From the NCBI GenBank assembly GCA_964608275.1, contig CAZSNL010000004.1, positions 8,265 to 72,264 on the forward strand: a stretch of DNA of 64,000 nt. Direction: 5' to 3'. The notes beneath the pieces are model-generated. The model saw only the letters and a program-made list of their open reading frames with translations, was not told where the DNA came from and did not search any database. The DNA comes from an uncultured Hyphomicrobiales bacterium. GTDB taxonomy: Bacteria > Pseudomonadota > Alphaproteobacteria > Rhizobiales > CAZSNL01. The position numbers were made by a program, and so were the translations under genes. This document shows, one piece after another, positions 45,580 through 55,264 of this stretch (position 1 is its first letter; each line of letters begins with the position of its first letter).

Positions 45580-46205
45580 TGCCGCTGCTCCAGAAAATAG
45601 GCGAAGCTGGCTCGTAGATAATCATATCCGGTGTAGATCGTGAGTAAGGCCGCTGCCCACAGGCCCGTGAGGCCGGTGATGGTGGTGTAGGGCCATACCT
45701 GGTCGCCTGCCTCGCCCACCAGCAGGAAACCGATCGCCACGAGCTGAATGGTGGTCTTGTACTTGGCAAGCTGGCTGACGGGTACCGATACCTGCAGTTC
45801 CGCCAAAAACTCCCTCAGGCCCGATACCAGAACCTCGCGGCTCAAGATGATGACCGCTGCCCACAGGGTGTAACCGGCGAGCGTTCCGTCGGCCGCCAGC
45901 ATCAGCAGTGTAGCGGCAACCAGCAGCTTGTCAGCGATGGGATCAAGCATGCGGCCGAGCGATGACTGCTGCGACCACAATCTGGCCAAGTACCCATCGA
46001 AGAAGTCGGTGATGCCCGCCGTGATGAAAATGGCGAGAGCAACCCAGCGCGCCGCGTGTCCTTCGAAGTAGAAGCAGGCAACCAGGGCCGGAACGGCACA
46101 GATGCGACCGTAGGTAAGGATGTTCGGCAGGCTGGTCAGCACCGCTCGGCGCGTGTTTCCCTCCCGCGTCTTGGACTTCAGCTCCTGATTGGTTGCGTGG
46201 CTCAC
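45576..46205 (-). CDS. pgsA: CDP-diacylglycerol--glycerol-3-phosphate 3-phosphatidyltransferase
   Basis: It has the CDP-alcohol phosphatidyltransferase motif [24 protein letters not shown] and a multi-TM profile. It overlaps the uvrC stop by 4 nt. Confidence 0.9.
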   Translation of the reverse strand: MSHATNQELKSKTREGNTRRAVLTSLPNILTYGRICAVPALVACFYFEGHAARWVALAIFITAGITDFFDGYLARLWSQQSSLGRMLDPIADKLLVAATLLMLAADGTLAGYTLWAAVIILSREVLVSGLREFLAELQVSVPVSQLAKYKTTIQLVAIGFLLVGEAGDQVWPYTTITGLTGLWAAALLTIYTGYDYLRASFAYFLEQRQ

Positions 46206-48172
46206 CCCGCGCCCTCGTGAAAATGCTGGTGAATGAGTTGGGCGAGCCTGACGCTGATACCCTCCACGGCGGCAAGATCCTGCACGCTGGCCCTGCTTAC
46301 GGCCTTGGCAGAACCGAAATGCCGCAGCAATGCGCGTTTGCGGGTCGTTCCTATGCCTGCAATTTCATCGAGCGGAGACACGCCTATGGTCTTTCGCCGC
46401 CTCGTCCGGTGGCTGCCGACAGCGAACCGATGCGCCTCGTCGCGCAACCGCTGGACATAATAGAGGACCGGATCGCGGGGCTCCAGCATCATCGGCGGCT
46501 TGCCTGGCATGTGGAAGTGTTCGCGGCCGGCATCGCGGTCCGGGCCCTTGGCGACGGCTACGACGGGAATATTGGAAATGCCGAGTTCATCGAGCACCTT
46601 GAGTGCGGCGGACAACTGACCTGCGCCCCCATCGATCAGGACCAGATCGGGCCACGGCGACACCGCGCCGGCATCCTGCCCTGCATCCTCGCCGCGTGCC
46701 CCTTCCTCCTTGATGAGGCGGGCAAACCGCCGGGTCAGCATTTCGTGCATCATGGCGTAGTCGTCGCCGGAACGGGCCTCGGCCGAACGCATGTTGAACT
46801 TGCGGTAGTGACTCTTGAGAAAGCCCTCCGGGCCAGCGACGACCATCGCGCCGACCGGCAGTGCTCCCTGGATGTGGCTGTTGTCATAGACCTCGATCCG
46901 TTCCGGCGGGCTGTCGAGGCCGAAGACCTCGGCGACGCCCTCGAGAAGACGCCGTTGCGAAGCCGATTCGGCCATGCGCCGGGCCAGCGCCTCGCGGGCG
47001 TTGAGCAGCGCATGCTGGACCAGATCGTGCTTTTCGCCACGACCGGGAACGGCAATGGTAATCTTGCGGCCGGATTTCACCGACAACGCATCCGCGACCA
47101 GATCCTGCCCCGGCAAGGGATGGCTCAAGAGGATGAGACGCGGACAGGGCTTGTCGTCGTAGAACTGGGCGAGGAAGGCCTCTAGTACATCGGCCTCGCC
47201 ATGGCTCCTGTCCGTCCGCGGGAAATACGCACGGTTGCCCCAGTTCTGGCCGGCCCGGAAAAAGAAGACCTGGATGCAGGTCTGACCGCTTTCCTGGGCT
47301 ATGGCGAACACATCGGCTTCCTGGACGGTCTTCGGATTGATGCCCTGATGGCCAAGGACGTGGCTCAAGGCTGCAAGCCGGTCACGGTAGACCGCTGCCT
47401 GCTCGAAATCGAGGGCGGCCGACGCCCGTTCCATCAGTTTCACGAGCTTCTGCCGGACCCGGTCGCTCTTGCCGCCCAGAAAGTCGAGCGCCTCGTTGAC
47501 CAGCCTGTCATAATCCTCAGGCGAGATCGCGCCGGTGCAAGGGGCACTGCAGCGCTTGATCTGGTAGAGCAGGCATGGCCGCGTCCGGCTCTCGAACACG
47601 GCATCGGAACATGAGCGCAGGAGAAACGCCCGCTGTAGCGCGTTGATGGTGCGATCGACCGCACCGGCAGACGCGAACGGGCCGAAATACTCCCCCTTGC
47701 GGTTGCGGGCACCACGATGCTTGAGGATCTGCGGCGCGGCATGATCGCGTGCAATCAGGATGTAGGGGAACGACTTGTCGTCGCGGAAGCTGATGTTGTA
47801 GCGCGGCTTCAGCTTCTTGATGAGGTTGGCCTCGAGGAGCAGCGCTTCGGCTTCCGATGCCGTGGTGATGAACTCCATGCTCGCCGTCTCGGCGATCATT
47901 CGCGCGATTCGGGTCGTGTGGCCAATCAGCCGGGTGTAGCTCTGTACGCGCTTCTTGAGGTTGCGAGCCTTGCCGACGTAGAGCACCTCGCCGTTCGCAC
48001 CCAGCATGCGGTAGACACCTGGACGGGACGGTGCCGTGCGCGCGTGACGGCGGATCACCTCCGGACCTTGCGAACGCACAGGGCGTTCCTCGGACGGTGC
48101 GATACCCGGCCCGTCATTCAATTCGGGAGTTTCGGCACGTTCGGCGATAATTGCTGTCGGCTGCCTTACCAT
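46202..48172 (-). CDS. uvrC: Excinuclease ABC subunit C
   Basis: It has a GIY-YIG N-terminus ([29 protein letters not shown]), a UVR domain, an endonuclease domain and a C-terminal HhH ([18 protein letters not shown]). Confidence 0.95.
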   Translation of the reverse strand: MVRQPTAIIAERAETPELNDGPGIAPSEERPVRSQGPEVIRRHARTAPSRPGVYRMLGANGEVLYVGKARNLKKRVQSYTRLIGHTTRIARMIAETASMEFITTASEAEALLLEANLIKKLKPRYNISFRDDKSFPYILIARDHAAPQILKHRGARNRKGEYFGPFASAGAVDRTINALQRAFLLRSCSDAVFESRTRPCLLYQIKRCSAPCTGAISPEDYDRLVNEALDFLGGKSDRVRQKLVKLMERASAALDFEQAAVYRDRLAALSHVLGHQGINPKTVQEADVFAIAQESGQTCIQVFFFRAGQNWGNRAYFPRTDRSHGEADVLEAFLAQFYDDKPCPRLILLSHPLPGQDLVADALSVKSGRKITIAVPGRGEKHDLVQHALLNAREALARRMAESASQRRLLEGVAEVFGLDSPPERIEVYDNSHIQGALPVGAMVVAGPEGFLKSHYRKFNMRSAEARSGDDYAMMHEMLTRRFARLIKEEGARGEDAGQDAGAVSPWPDLVLIDGGAGQLSAALKVLDELGISNIPVVAVAKGPDRDAGREHFHMPGKPPMMLEPRDPVLYYVQRLRDEAHRFAVGSHRTRRRKTIGVSPLDEIAGIGTTRKRALLRHFGSAKAVSRASVQDLAAVEGISVRLAQLIHQHFHEGAG

Positions 48173-48241
48173 GCCGTCAATATGGCAATTGCCGGCGGCC
48201 TAGTCACGGCCCTCGCCGGTCAGTAGCCCTTTGCCGGGTCC

Positions 48242-48652
48242 TCAGCGCTTGCGCGTACGTTCGATCTCGATGCCCACGCTTGCGCAATCAGGGAAGATGT
48301 CCGGCTTCTCGATGCGTACCCGCGCTATCGTGACGCGCGGGTCCTCGAGGCAGGCCGAGGCAATGCGTTCTGCCAGCGTCTCCACCAGGTTCACGTGCCC
48401 CTCGGCCGCCAGTACCCGTACCCGCTGGGTAACCTGGTCGTAGCAGACCACGTCGGAGTAGCGATCGGAATGTTCCACCGGGATATCGCGAACCGCCAGG
48501 TCCACGTTGATGATGATCCGCTGCGGAACATGCCGCTCGTGCGGGGTGATCCCGATTTCCGTCTGGATCTGCAGATCCCGAATGAAGACGTGGCGAAGCC
48601 CTGCCTCTGCGTCGGCAATCCGGGGCAGAGCCTTCGTCTGTTGTGCATTCAT
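48242..48652 (-). CDS. folB: Dihydroneopterin aldolase (FolB family)
   Basis: ORF 48242..48811; I chose the ATG at 48652. IRDLQIQTEIGITPHERHVPQRIIINVDL...YDQV...NLVETLAERIA is the FolB tunnelling-fold pattern. Confidence 0.75.
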   Translation of the reverse strand: MNAQQTKALPRIADAEAGLRHVFIRDLQIQTEIGITPHERHVPQRIIINVDLAVRDIPVEHSDRYSDVVCYDQVTQRVRVLAAEGHVNLVETLAERIASACLEDPRVTIARVRIEKPDIFPDCASVGIEIERTRKR

Positions 48653-48741
48653 GGCTTCCGCCCTTTCTTCACCTTGTCGGTTCAACGTGCTGACCCGCTG
48701 GCAGGATGCGGGTATTCGAATTCCATGCCGCGTCCGCCAGC

Positions 48742-49104
48742 CTAGCGTCTGTACTCTACCCTGCAGCCGACTGCACGAGCATCTGGATAGACGTCGGGCT
48801 TGCGCGTGCACACCGTTGCAGAGCGTACCCGAACGTGGCCTTTCAGGATGCCAAGGATGTCGCGGCAGAGCGTTTCCTGAAGATTGTAGCGCCGCTCCGC
48901 CACGAGCTTCGAGATCTCCAGCCTGAGGAAATCGTAGTCGACGGCTTCTTCTATGCGATCCTGAGCGTCGTCAAGCGCCATCTCCACTTCCATCTCCACG
49001 CTCACCAGCACACGCTGCCGCCGGCCGCGTTCGCTGGCATGAATGCCAATTTCCGCCTCGACCTCGAAATCCTCGAGAAACAGGAAGACGCGGATATTGC
49101 TCAT
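48742..49104 (-). CDS. FolB-like dihydroneopterin aldolase paralog
   Basis: ORF 48742..49170; I chose the ATG at 49104 (ATGA overlap with the upstream SDR stop). LEDFEVEAEIGIHASERGRRQRVLVSVEMEV...VDYDFL...NLQETLCRDI runs parallel to the FolB motifs. Confidence 0.65.
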   Translation of the reverse strand: MSNIRVFLFLEDFEVEAEIGIHASERGRRQRVLVSVEMEVEMALDDAQDRIEEAVDYDFLRLEISKLVAERRYNLQETLCRDILGILKGHVRVRSATVCTRKPDVYPDARAVGCRVEYRR

Positions 49105-49886
49105 CGTGGGCTCTTCTGGTCGGTTCCCGGGGCCGGATCGAGGAACGCCACGTCCCGCGGCAGGCGCCACAGTGACTGGCCGGCGTCGAGCACCAGGATT
49201 TCACCGGTCATCTTTTCGTTCTCCAGGAGAAAGCGCACTGCATCGCCGACATCCTCCGGCCGGACGTCGGTCTGCAACGGGTTGATGGCCTTGACGCGTT
49301 CGAAGTCGTCGCCCGACTGTTGCCCGCTGGGCAGCACGATGCCGGGAGCCACGCCGCACACGCGTATCCGCGGGGCAAAGTCGAGCGCCGACATTCGTAC
49401 CATTCCCATGAGCGCGTACTTGGTCAGCGAATACGAAAAGTAATCCGGATTGGGGGCGAACAGGCGGTTGTCGAGTACCGCGACCACGGCACCTCTTTGG
49501 CGATCCGAAAGCCTGCTGGCGAACGCACGCAGCAGCAGCGCCTGAGCGCGCTGGTTGACCGCGTAATGCCGGTCGAGCGCCTCTGCCGTTGCCGTCGATG
49601 GAGTGTCGTAGGCAAAGTGGGAGGCGCTGAGAACGAGGCCGACAAGGGGAGGGCCGTGCGATCCGGCACGTTCGAGGATCAAGTCCGGTGCCTCGGGATC
49701 GGCAAGATCGGACTGAACCAGATCGCCGCCGCCGCCGGTTTCACGAATTGCCGCCAGCGTTTCGCCGGCCTCGGCATGCGAGGTGTTGTAATGCACCCAT
49801 ACGAACCATCCCGCGCGGGCAAGGCATAACGCGATTGCCCGGCCGATCCGTTTTGCCGCACCGGTGACAAGTACAGCCTTATCCAA
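49101..49886 (-). CDS. SDR-family oxidoreductase, pteridine/dihydromonapterin reductase-like (FolM-like)
   Basis: It has VTGAAKRIGRAIA and YSLTKYAL motifs. The pteridine assignment is an inference from coupling to the two folB genes. Confidence 0.7.
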   Translation of the reverse strand: MDKAVLVTGAAKRIGRAIALCLARAGWFVWVHYNTSHAEAGETLAAIRETGGGGDLVQSDLADPEAPDLILERAGSHGPPLVGLVLSASHFAYDTPSTATAEALDRHYAVNQRAQALLLRAFASRLSDRQRGAVVAVLDNRLFAPNPDYFSYSLTKYALMGMVRMSALDFAPRIRVCGVAPGIVLPSGQQSGDDFERVKAINPLQTDVRPEDVGDAVRFLLENEKMTGEILVLDAGQSLWRLPRDVAFLDPAPGTDQKSPR

Positions 49887-49931
49887 CGTTTCGCGTCCTT
49901 GCAGTGGGAGGCCCGGAACCAGGCTCAGGCA

Positions 49932-52286
49932 TCATAGTCGCGCCTGTGTAAGGCGGCATCCGGCAAGATCCGTTCCAAGTCCGGCATCCTTCGCCGCACG
50001 CCAGATCCGTTCCGGCGTCAGCGGCATGTCGATGTGGCGAATGTTCAGAGCATTGCAGACAGCGTTCACGACAGCCGGCGGGGCGCCCGTGGCGCCGGCT
50101 TCTCCCGCCCCTTTCGTACCGAGAGGGTTTGTCGCGGTCGGCGCGTTCTCGTTGAAGACGACGGGCAGCGGCGGCAGATCGTCGGCCCGCGGGATGGCAT
50201 AGTCCATGAACGACCCCGTCAGCGGCTGGCCCGACGCCTGATCGTAGACCACCTGTTCGAGAAGCGCCTGGCCAATGCCTTGTGCGATTCCGCCCTGCGC
50301 CTGGCCGGCGGCCAACAGAGGATTGACGATCCGCCCAAAGTCGTCGACCACCGTATAGGCAACCAGCACCACCCGGCCCGTGTCGGGATCGACCTCGACT
50401 TCCGCGACATGGCATCCGTTGGGAAAGCTGAAGCCTTCCCGCTCGTATCGCGAGCGGGTCGAAAGATCACGCGGCACGGTGTCGGGGAGTTCCGGATCCT
50501 GCGCGAGCCTTGCGGCCAGTTCGAGAATGCCGACACTGCGGTTGGTTCCGCAGGCAGTGTACAGGCCGTCGCGGAAATCGATGTCGTCCGGCTCGACGTC
50601 GAGGAGATGGGCTACGGCCACGCGGGCCTTGGCGTGCACTTCCCGAGCGGCGCGGACGAGTGCTCCACCGCCGATGTTGAGCGTGCGCGAGCCGCCATGG
50701 CCGGCACCGCTCGGCACGTGCCGCGTATCCGACTGCACGAACTCGACGAGTTCCGGGGGGAGGCCGAGATGCTCGTTGACGAGCTGCAGGTACACGGTCT
50801 CGTGCCCCTGGCCAGTGGAGTGGGTGCCGGCGATGACGGTGATGGTGCCGTCGTCGTTGAAGCGGATTTCCGCGTGGTCTGCGGGAGGGCCGAGTGTGAC
50901 CTCGGTGTAGCTCGATATCCCGATGCCGCGCAGCCGCCCGCGCTGTCTCGCTGCCCTTCGCCGCTCCTCGAACCCGGCAGTTGCCGCCGCCTCGGTCGCC
51001 ATCCGGAAGGTGGTGCCGAAATCGCCACAGTCGACCGTCATGCCGAGGGCCGTCCTGTACGGGAACTCACGGATGAAATTGCGCCGGCGCAGATCGGCCG
51101 GATCGAAGCCGAGGTCGCGGGCGGCGACATCGACCAGACGCTCGATCAGGTAGGCCGACTCGGGCCGGCCGGCGCCGCGATAGGAATCGAGAGGTGTGGT
51201 GTTGGTGAAAGCACCGTCGACCTGCATGAAGATTGCGGGGATCGCGTAGTTCCCGCCCATCGACACGTAGCTTGCCACGGTCGGCACGATCGGGCCGTTG
51301 GTGGACAGGTAGGCGCCCATGTTCGCGATCGTTTCGACCCGGAGGGCAAGAAAGGTGCCGTCGCGGTCGAGCGCAAGGCGTGCCTTCGTGACATGATCGC
51401 GGCCGTGGGCGTCCATCAGGAAGGCCTCCGAGCGGGTACACACCCATTTCACCGGCCGCCCCACCTCGCGTGCCGCCCACAGGACGAGGACGGTTTCGGG
51501 ATAAATCGGGTTCTTGTTGCCGAAGCTGCCGCCGACATCCGGTGCAATCACCGTCAGCCGCTCTTGCGCGATGCCGAACAGGTCGGCGAGCTGCGAGCGG
51601 TGATTGTGAACATTGTGACCCGAAAGATAGAGCGTGTAGCTCTGCTCGTCCGCATCGAAGACACCGATCGCGCCTCGCGGCTCCAGCGGCGACGGCGCCA
51701 CCCGGTTGTTGACGAGTTCCAGCTCGACGACGTGTGCCGCGTCGGCGAACGCATTGCGGACAGCTTCCTCGCCACCCTTGGTGAAACGGAAGGCACGATT
51801 GGATTCGAACTCGGGCCAGACCCTGGGCACGTCCGGATCGAGAGCGCGTCCCAGTTCGACGATGGCGGGCAGTTCCTCATACTCGATCATCAGCATTTCG
51901 GCGGCATCCACCGCCTGGTTGCGGGTTTCGGCAACGACGAAGGCAACCGGGTCGCCGACGTATCTGACGGCATTGACGGCGAGCGCACGTCGCGGCGGGT
52001 GCTGCAGGGTCGTCTGGTCAAGCCCGTCGAGTGCCGTGGCACTGGCCAAGTTGCCCATATTCGCTGCCACGTAATCCCGCCCCGTGAAGACCGCCAGGAC
52101 ACCGGGCAGGGAACGGATCGGGTCGCAGTCTATGGAGACGATGCGCGCATTGGCGTGGGGCGAGCGGACCACGACGCCATGCACCTCGCCATCGACGACG
52201 ATGTCGTCCAGATAGCGGCCCGTGCCGGTGATGAAACGCGCATCTTCCTTGCGGCGCACCGCCTGTCCTATTCCGAATTTCCGCAT
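49932..52286 (-). CDS. Xanthine dehydrogenase-family molybdopterin-binding (large) subunit, CoxL/aldehyde-oxidase-like
   Basis: ORF 49932..52340; I chose the ATG at 52286 (MRKFGIGQAVRRKEDARFITGTGRYLDD). The active-site loop is SYRGAGRPE. Size is about 784 aa. No 2Fe-2S or FAD subunit gene is adjacent. Confidence 0.85.
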   Translation of the reverse strand: MRKFGIGQAVRRKEDARFITGTGRYLDDIVVDGEVHGVVVRSPHANARIVSIDCDPIRSLPGVLAVFTGRDYVAANMGNLASATALDGLDQTTLQHPPRRALAVNAVRYVGDPVAFVVAETRNQAVDAAEMLMIEYEELPAIVELGRALDPDVPRVWPEFESNRAFRFTKGGEEAVRNAFADAAHVVELELVNNRVAPSPLEPRGAIGVFDADEQSYTLYLSGHNVHNHRSQLADLFGIAQERLTVIAPDVGGSFGNKNPIYPETVLVLWAAREVGRPVKWVCTRSEAFLMDAHGRDHVTKARLALDRDGTFLALRVETIANMGAYLSTNGPIVPTVASYVSMGGNYAIPAIFMQVDGAFTNTTPLDSYRGAGRPESAYLIERLVDVAARDLGFDPADLRRRNFIREFPYRTALGMTVDCGDFGTTFRMATEAAATAGFEERRRAARQRGRLRGIGISSYTEVTLGPPADHAEIRFNDDGTITVIAGTHSTGQGHETVYLQLVNEHLGLPPELVEFVQSDTRHVPSGAGHGGSRTLNIGGGALVRAAREVHAKARVAVAHLLDVEPDDIDFRDGLYTACGTNRSVGILELAARLAQDPELPDTVPRDLSTRSRYEREGFSFPNGCHVAEVEVDPDTGRVVLVAYTVVDDFGRIVNPLLAAGQAQGGIAQGIGQALLEQVVYDQASGQPLTGSFMDYAIPRADDLPPLPVVFNENAPTATNPLGTKGAGEAGATGAPPAVVNAVCNALNIRHIDMPLTPERIWRAAKDAGLGTDLAGCRLTQARL

Positions 52287-52339
52287 GATGTGTCGACTTT
52301 CGTGAGAGGCGAGAGCGTGTACCGACATGTATGAGCGCA

Positions 52340-53656
52340 TCAGGCAGGCGTTCGGGGGGACGGCGGATCCCGGGCCTCGGATGGTTCCTGTTCGTGTTCG
52401 GCGAGTTCAACCAGTCTCTTATGTACGAGCGACGGGTCGTCGGGAAATCCCGTCTCCATCCACCAGTCCTCGAAAGCCCTGAGGATACGCCCGACTGCCG
52501 GGCCTTCCGGAACGCCGAGGGCGGTGACGTCGGATCCCGATACCGGCAGGTCAGGAGGCTGCCATCTGTCGGGCAGGCGCAGGGCGGACCGCCACACCTG
52601 ATCGCTTTTCCCGGTGGTCGACGACCTTGCCCAACGCAGACGTATCGCATCAACGTACCGCTGCCTTCCCTGGCGATAGAGAAACTTCCGAAGCCGTGGC
52701 TCATCGTGTGGCGAATGAACTGATCGCACCGCGTCTGCGAGCCCCGCGAGCCGTCGGGTTTCGGCATTGGTCAGAACCATGGCCTCGCGAAGCGTATCGA
52801 CAGGGATGCCGTCCAGCGAAAGCGCGGCCAACCGGAGGATTGCGTCGGGTTCGAGGCCATTCGTTTCGTCGATTGCCGCCATTCGGGACAAGCATTCGAT
52901 ATTGGCCGGTCCGGGGAGGACGTGAGCGAGAATGCCCGTTTCCTGCATTACCCGGAGGACCTGCGAAGCCGCCGGAGCCGTCAGCAGGCGCAGCGTTTCA
53001 TCACGGACGCGCTCCCGCGAAAGCTTGTCGAGGCCGGCCTGCAGCCTCGTGCAGGCGTCGAGACCATCCTCGTCCAGCCGGCCGCCGGAATGGACGGCGG
53101 AAAAGCGGAAGAAGCGCAGGATGCGGAGATAATCCTCGCGAATGCGGTGCGCGGGATCGCCGACGAAACGCACCCGGCCCGCCCGCAGGTCGTCCATGCC
53201 CTCCAATGGATCGAAAACCGTCCCGTGTCGGTCGCAATAAAGGGCGTTGATCGTGAAGTCGCGCCGGCGTGCATCTTCTATCCAATCGGTGGTGAAGGCG
53301 ACGCGGGCATGACGCCCGAACGTTTCGACATCGAGCCTCAGCGTCGTCACCTCGACGGCGAGAGGGCCGGCGTCCGAGGCGGAGACCACGGTTACGGTGC
53401 CATGTTCCATGCCCGTCGCCACCGCCTTAAGGCCGGCCCGTGTGGTTGCTGCGATGACCTGTTGCGGCGTCAGCGTCGTCGCGATGTCCACCTCCCGAAC
53501 GGGTTTGCCCAATAGCGCGTCACGAACGGCGCCGCCGGCGACCCGGGCCTCGCCGCCGGCAGTCTCGAGGGCATCGAACACGGCCTGCAGCCTCGGATCG
53601 GCAAGCCAGGCCTGACCTGCAAGACTGGTCGCGCTAGCCTCCGGGGCAACGGTCAC
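52340..53656 (-). CDS. cca: CCA-adding tRNA nucleotidyltransferase (poly(A) polymerase family)
   Basis: I chose the GTG at 53656, which overlaps the stop of the upstream small ORF (GTGA). It has the GGAVRDALLGKPVREVDIATT nucleotidyltransferase motif. Confidence 0.8.
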   Translation of the reverse strand: MTVAPEASATSLAGQAWLADPRLQAVFDALETAGGEARVAGGAVRDALLGKPVREVDIATTLTPQQVIAATTRAGLKAVATGMEHGTVTVVSASDAGPLAVEVTTLRLDVETFGRHARVAFTTDWIEDARRRDFTINALYCDRHGTVFDPLEGMDDLRAGRVRFVGDPAHRIREDYLRILRFFRFSAVHSGGRLDEDGLDACTRLQAGLDKLSRERVRDETLRLLTAPAASQVLRVMQETGILAHVLPGPANIECLSRMAAIDETNGLEPDAILRLAALSLDGIPVDTLREAMVLTNAETRRLAGLADAVRSVHSPHDEPRLRKFLYRQGRQRYVDAIRLRWARSSTTGKSDQVWRSALRLPDRWQPPDLPVSGSDVTALGVPEGPAVGRILRAFEDWWMETGFPDDPSLVHKRLVELAEHEQEPSEARDPPSPRTPA

Positions 53657-53841
53657 GAAACCACCGCGTAGATGAACAGTCCTGCAAAGGCGGCCCCAAA
53701 GCCGATCATCGTCAAGGCGAACAGCGGAGCACCCTCCCACAGGCTTTCGCCTTCCTTCCTTCCGGCCAGGATCGCGTAGCAGGCGTAAATCGCGAACGGC
53801 AGCAGAAACAGCAGGACATTGAGCAGCAGAACTCGGATCAT
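53653..53841 (-). CDS. Small two-TM membrane protein (62 aa), unknown function
   Basis: The ATG at 53841 forms an ATGA overlap with the NUDIX gene stop. It encodes MIRVLLLNVLLFLLPFAIYACYAIL...APLFALTMIGFGAAFAGLFIYAVV. Confidence 0.5.
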   Translation of the reverse strand: MIRVLLLNVLLFLLPFAIYACYAILAGRKEGESLWEGAPLFALTMIGFGAAFAGLFIYAVVS

Positions 53842-54503
53842 CGCGCGTAGAGAAGTTCGAACAGGTTGCGCAGAATGCCCGCTGTTGCACCCCAGATGTA
53901 ACGATCCCGGTAGGGCATGGCGTAGTAGCGCCGCTGCCGTCCTTGCCACATCACGCTTTCGATACGGTGATTGGCTGCGTCCATGAGGAAGCTCAGCGGA
54001 ACCTCGAACACTTCATCTACTTCGGATGGATCCGGTCTTATCTCGGCCGTGCCGGTGATCAGCCCGACGGCCGGAACGATCTTGAAGCCGGTGCCGGTAT
54101 GATAGGTATCCAGAAAACCAAGAACCTCGACCGAACTCTCATCGATGCCGGTTTCCTCCCGCGTTTCCCGCAGCGCTGCTTCCAGCGGGCCCGCATCATG
54201 GCTCTCGATCTTGCCGCCGGGAAACGAGACCTGGCCTGCGTGGACACGCATCGCTGCTGGCCTCAGCGTCAGCAGGACGCCGAGGTCGTCTCCGCGATCA
54301 ACGAGGGGAACGAGCACCGCGGCCGGGCGGAACTTGATGCCGGCAGGAAACCACTGGTCGACATTCGGATCGAGCCCGTGATCGCCGCGACCCAGTTCCG
54401 GCCGGTCGCAATCGGGTGCAGGTTGAGACCTGAGTCGAGAGGCGGCTCGACGTCTGAACTCGTCGGCTGTATGGACTGAAACGCGTTTCAGCACCTGTCG
54501 CAT
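53838..54503 (-). CDS. CoA pyrophosphatase (NUDIX hydrolase, NudL-type)
   Basis: The NUDIX box is GGKIESHDAGPLEAALRETREETGI. It is preceded by the CoA-type motif LLTLRPAAMRVHAGQVSFPGG. I chose the ATG at 54503. Confidence 0.8.
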   Translation of the reverse strand: MRQVLKRVSVHTADEFRRRAASRLRSQPAPDCDRPELGRGDHGLDPNVDQWFPAGIKFRPAAVLVPLVDRGDDLGVLLTLRPAAMRVHAGQVSFPGGKIESHDAGPLEAALRETREETGIDESSVEVLGFLDTYHTGTGFKIVPAVGLITGTAEIRPDPSEVDEVFEVPLSFLMDAANHRIESVMWQGRQRRYYAMPYRDRYIWGATAGILRNLFELLYAR

Positions 54504-54505
54504 CC

Positions 54506-55117
54506 TCAAAGCCCGATGTCGGCTGCCCGGGCCATCGGATAAAAGCGGCCGGAACTCCAGACACCGTACCATTCCTCGCCGTGCAAGGTCTCGGTCGTAC
54601 CCAGTTCGACGAGATCATAGAAGATCGGACGATTGACCAGAGCCTCGAGCCGGCCGCGCACCAGAACGTACGGCTTCAGGCCATCGGAGCCCCGTTCCGG
54701 CTCGAACCTCAGGGGATGCGCGTCGTCCACCACCACCTGGTCGCCGACATTGGTCGCAAACCGGATCACCTGTTGAGCGCCTTCTCCCTCGGTCTCCATG
54801 TGCACCGCCAGGAAAGGCGCATCGTCGACGGTGATGCCGATCTTCTCCACCGGTGTCACCAGGTAGTAGCGGCCATCCTCGTCGCGGCGGAGTACGGTCG
54901 AGAACAGCCGCACCAGCCGCTTTCGGCCGATCGGCGAGTTCATGTAATACCAGGTGCCGTCGGCAGCGATGCGGATGTCGATCTCGCCGCAGTAGGGCGG
55001 GTTCCACAAATCTACCGGCGGCAGCCCTCCCCGGTCGCGAACCGCCTTCTCCACGCGGGCCAGTCCGGCAGCGGGATCCGGCGGGTCTTCAATCGGGTTC
55101 TCGACGCGTCTCGCCAT
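54506..55117 (-). CDS. DUF1285-domain protein
   Basis: PPYCGEIDIRIAADGTWYYMNSPIGRKRLVRLFSTVLRRDEDGRYYLVTPVEK is the pattern I associate with DUF1285. Confidence 0.7.
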   Translation of the reverse strand: MARRVENPIEDPPDPAAGLARVEKAVRDRGGLPPVDLWNPPYCGEIDIRIAADGTWYYMNSPIGRKRLVRLFSTVLRRDEDGRYYLVTPVEKIGITVDDAPFLAVHMETEGEGAQQVIRFATNVGDQVVVDDAHPLRFEPERGSDGLKPYVLVRGRLEALVNRPIFYDLVELGTTETLHGEEWYGVWSSGRFYPMARAADIGL

Positions 55118-55264
55118 ATGGTAGCTGTCTTCGATGGGTTCGCTCCGCGGTCATGTTTTGACCAAATTGATGGCAACTGTGGTCGCGTGGATGTGAACGG
55201 GCCGACCGCAATACCGGGTCCGTCGGGCTTCTGAACCGACCCTCCAACAACTATAGTGACGGCC

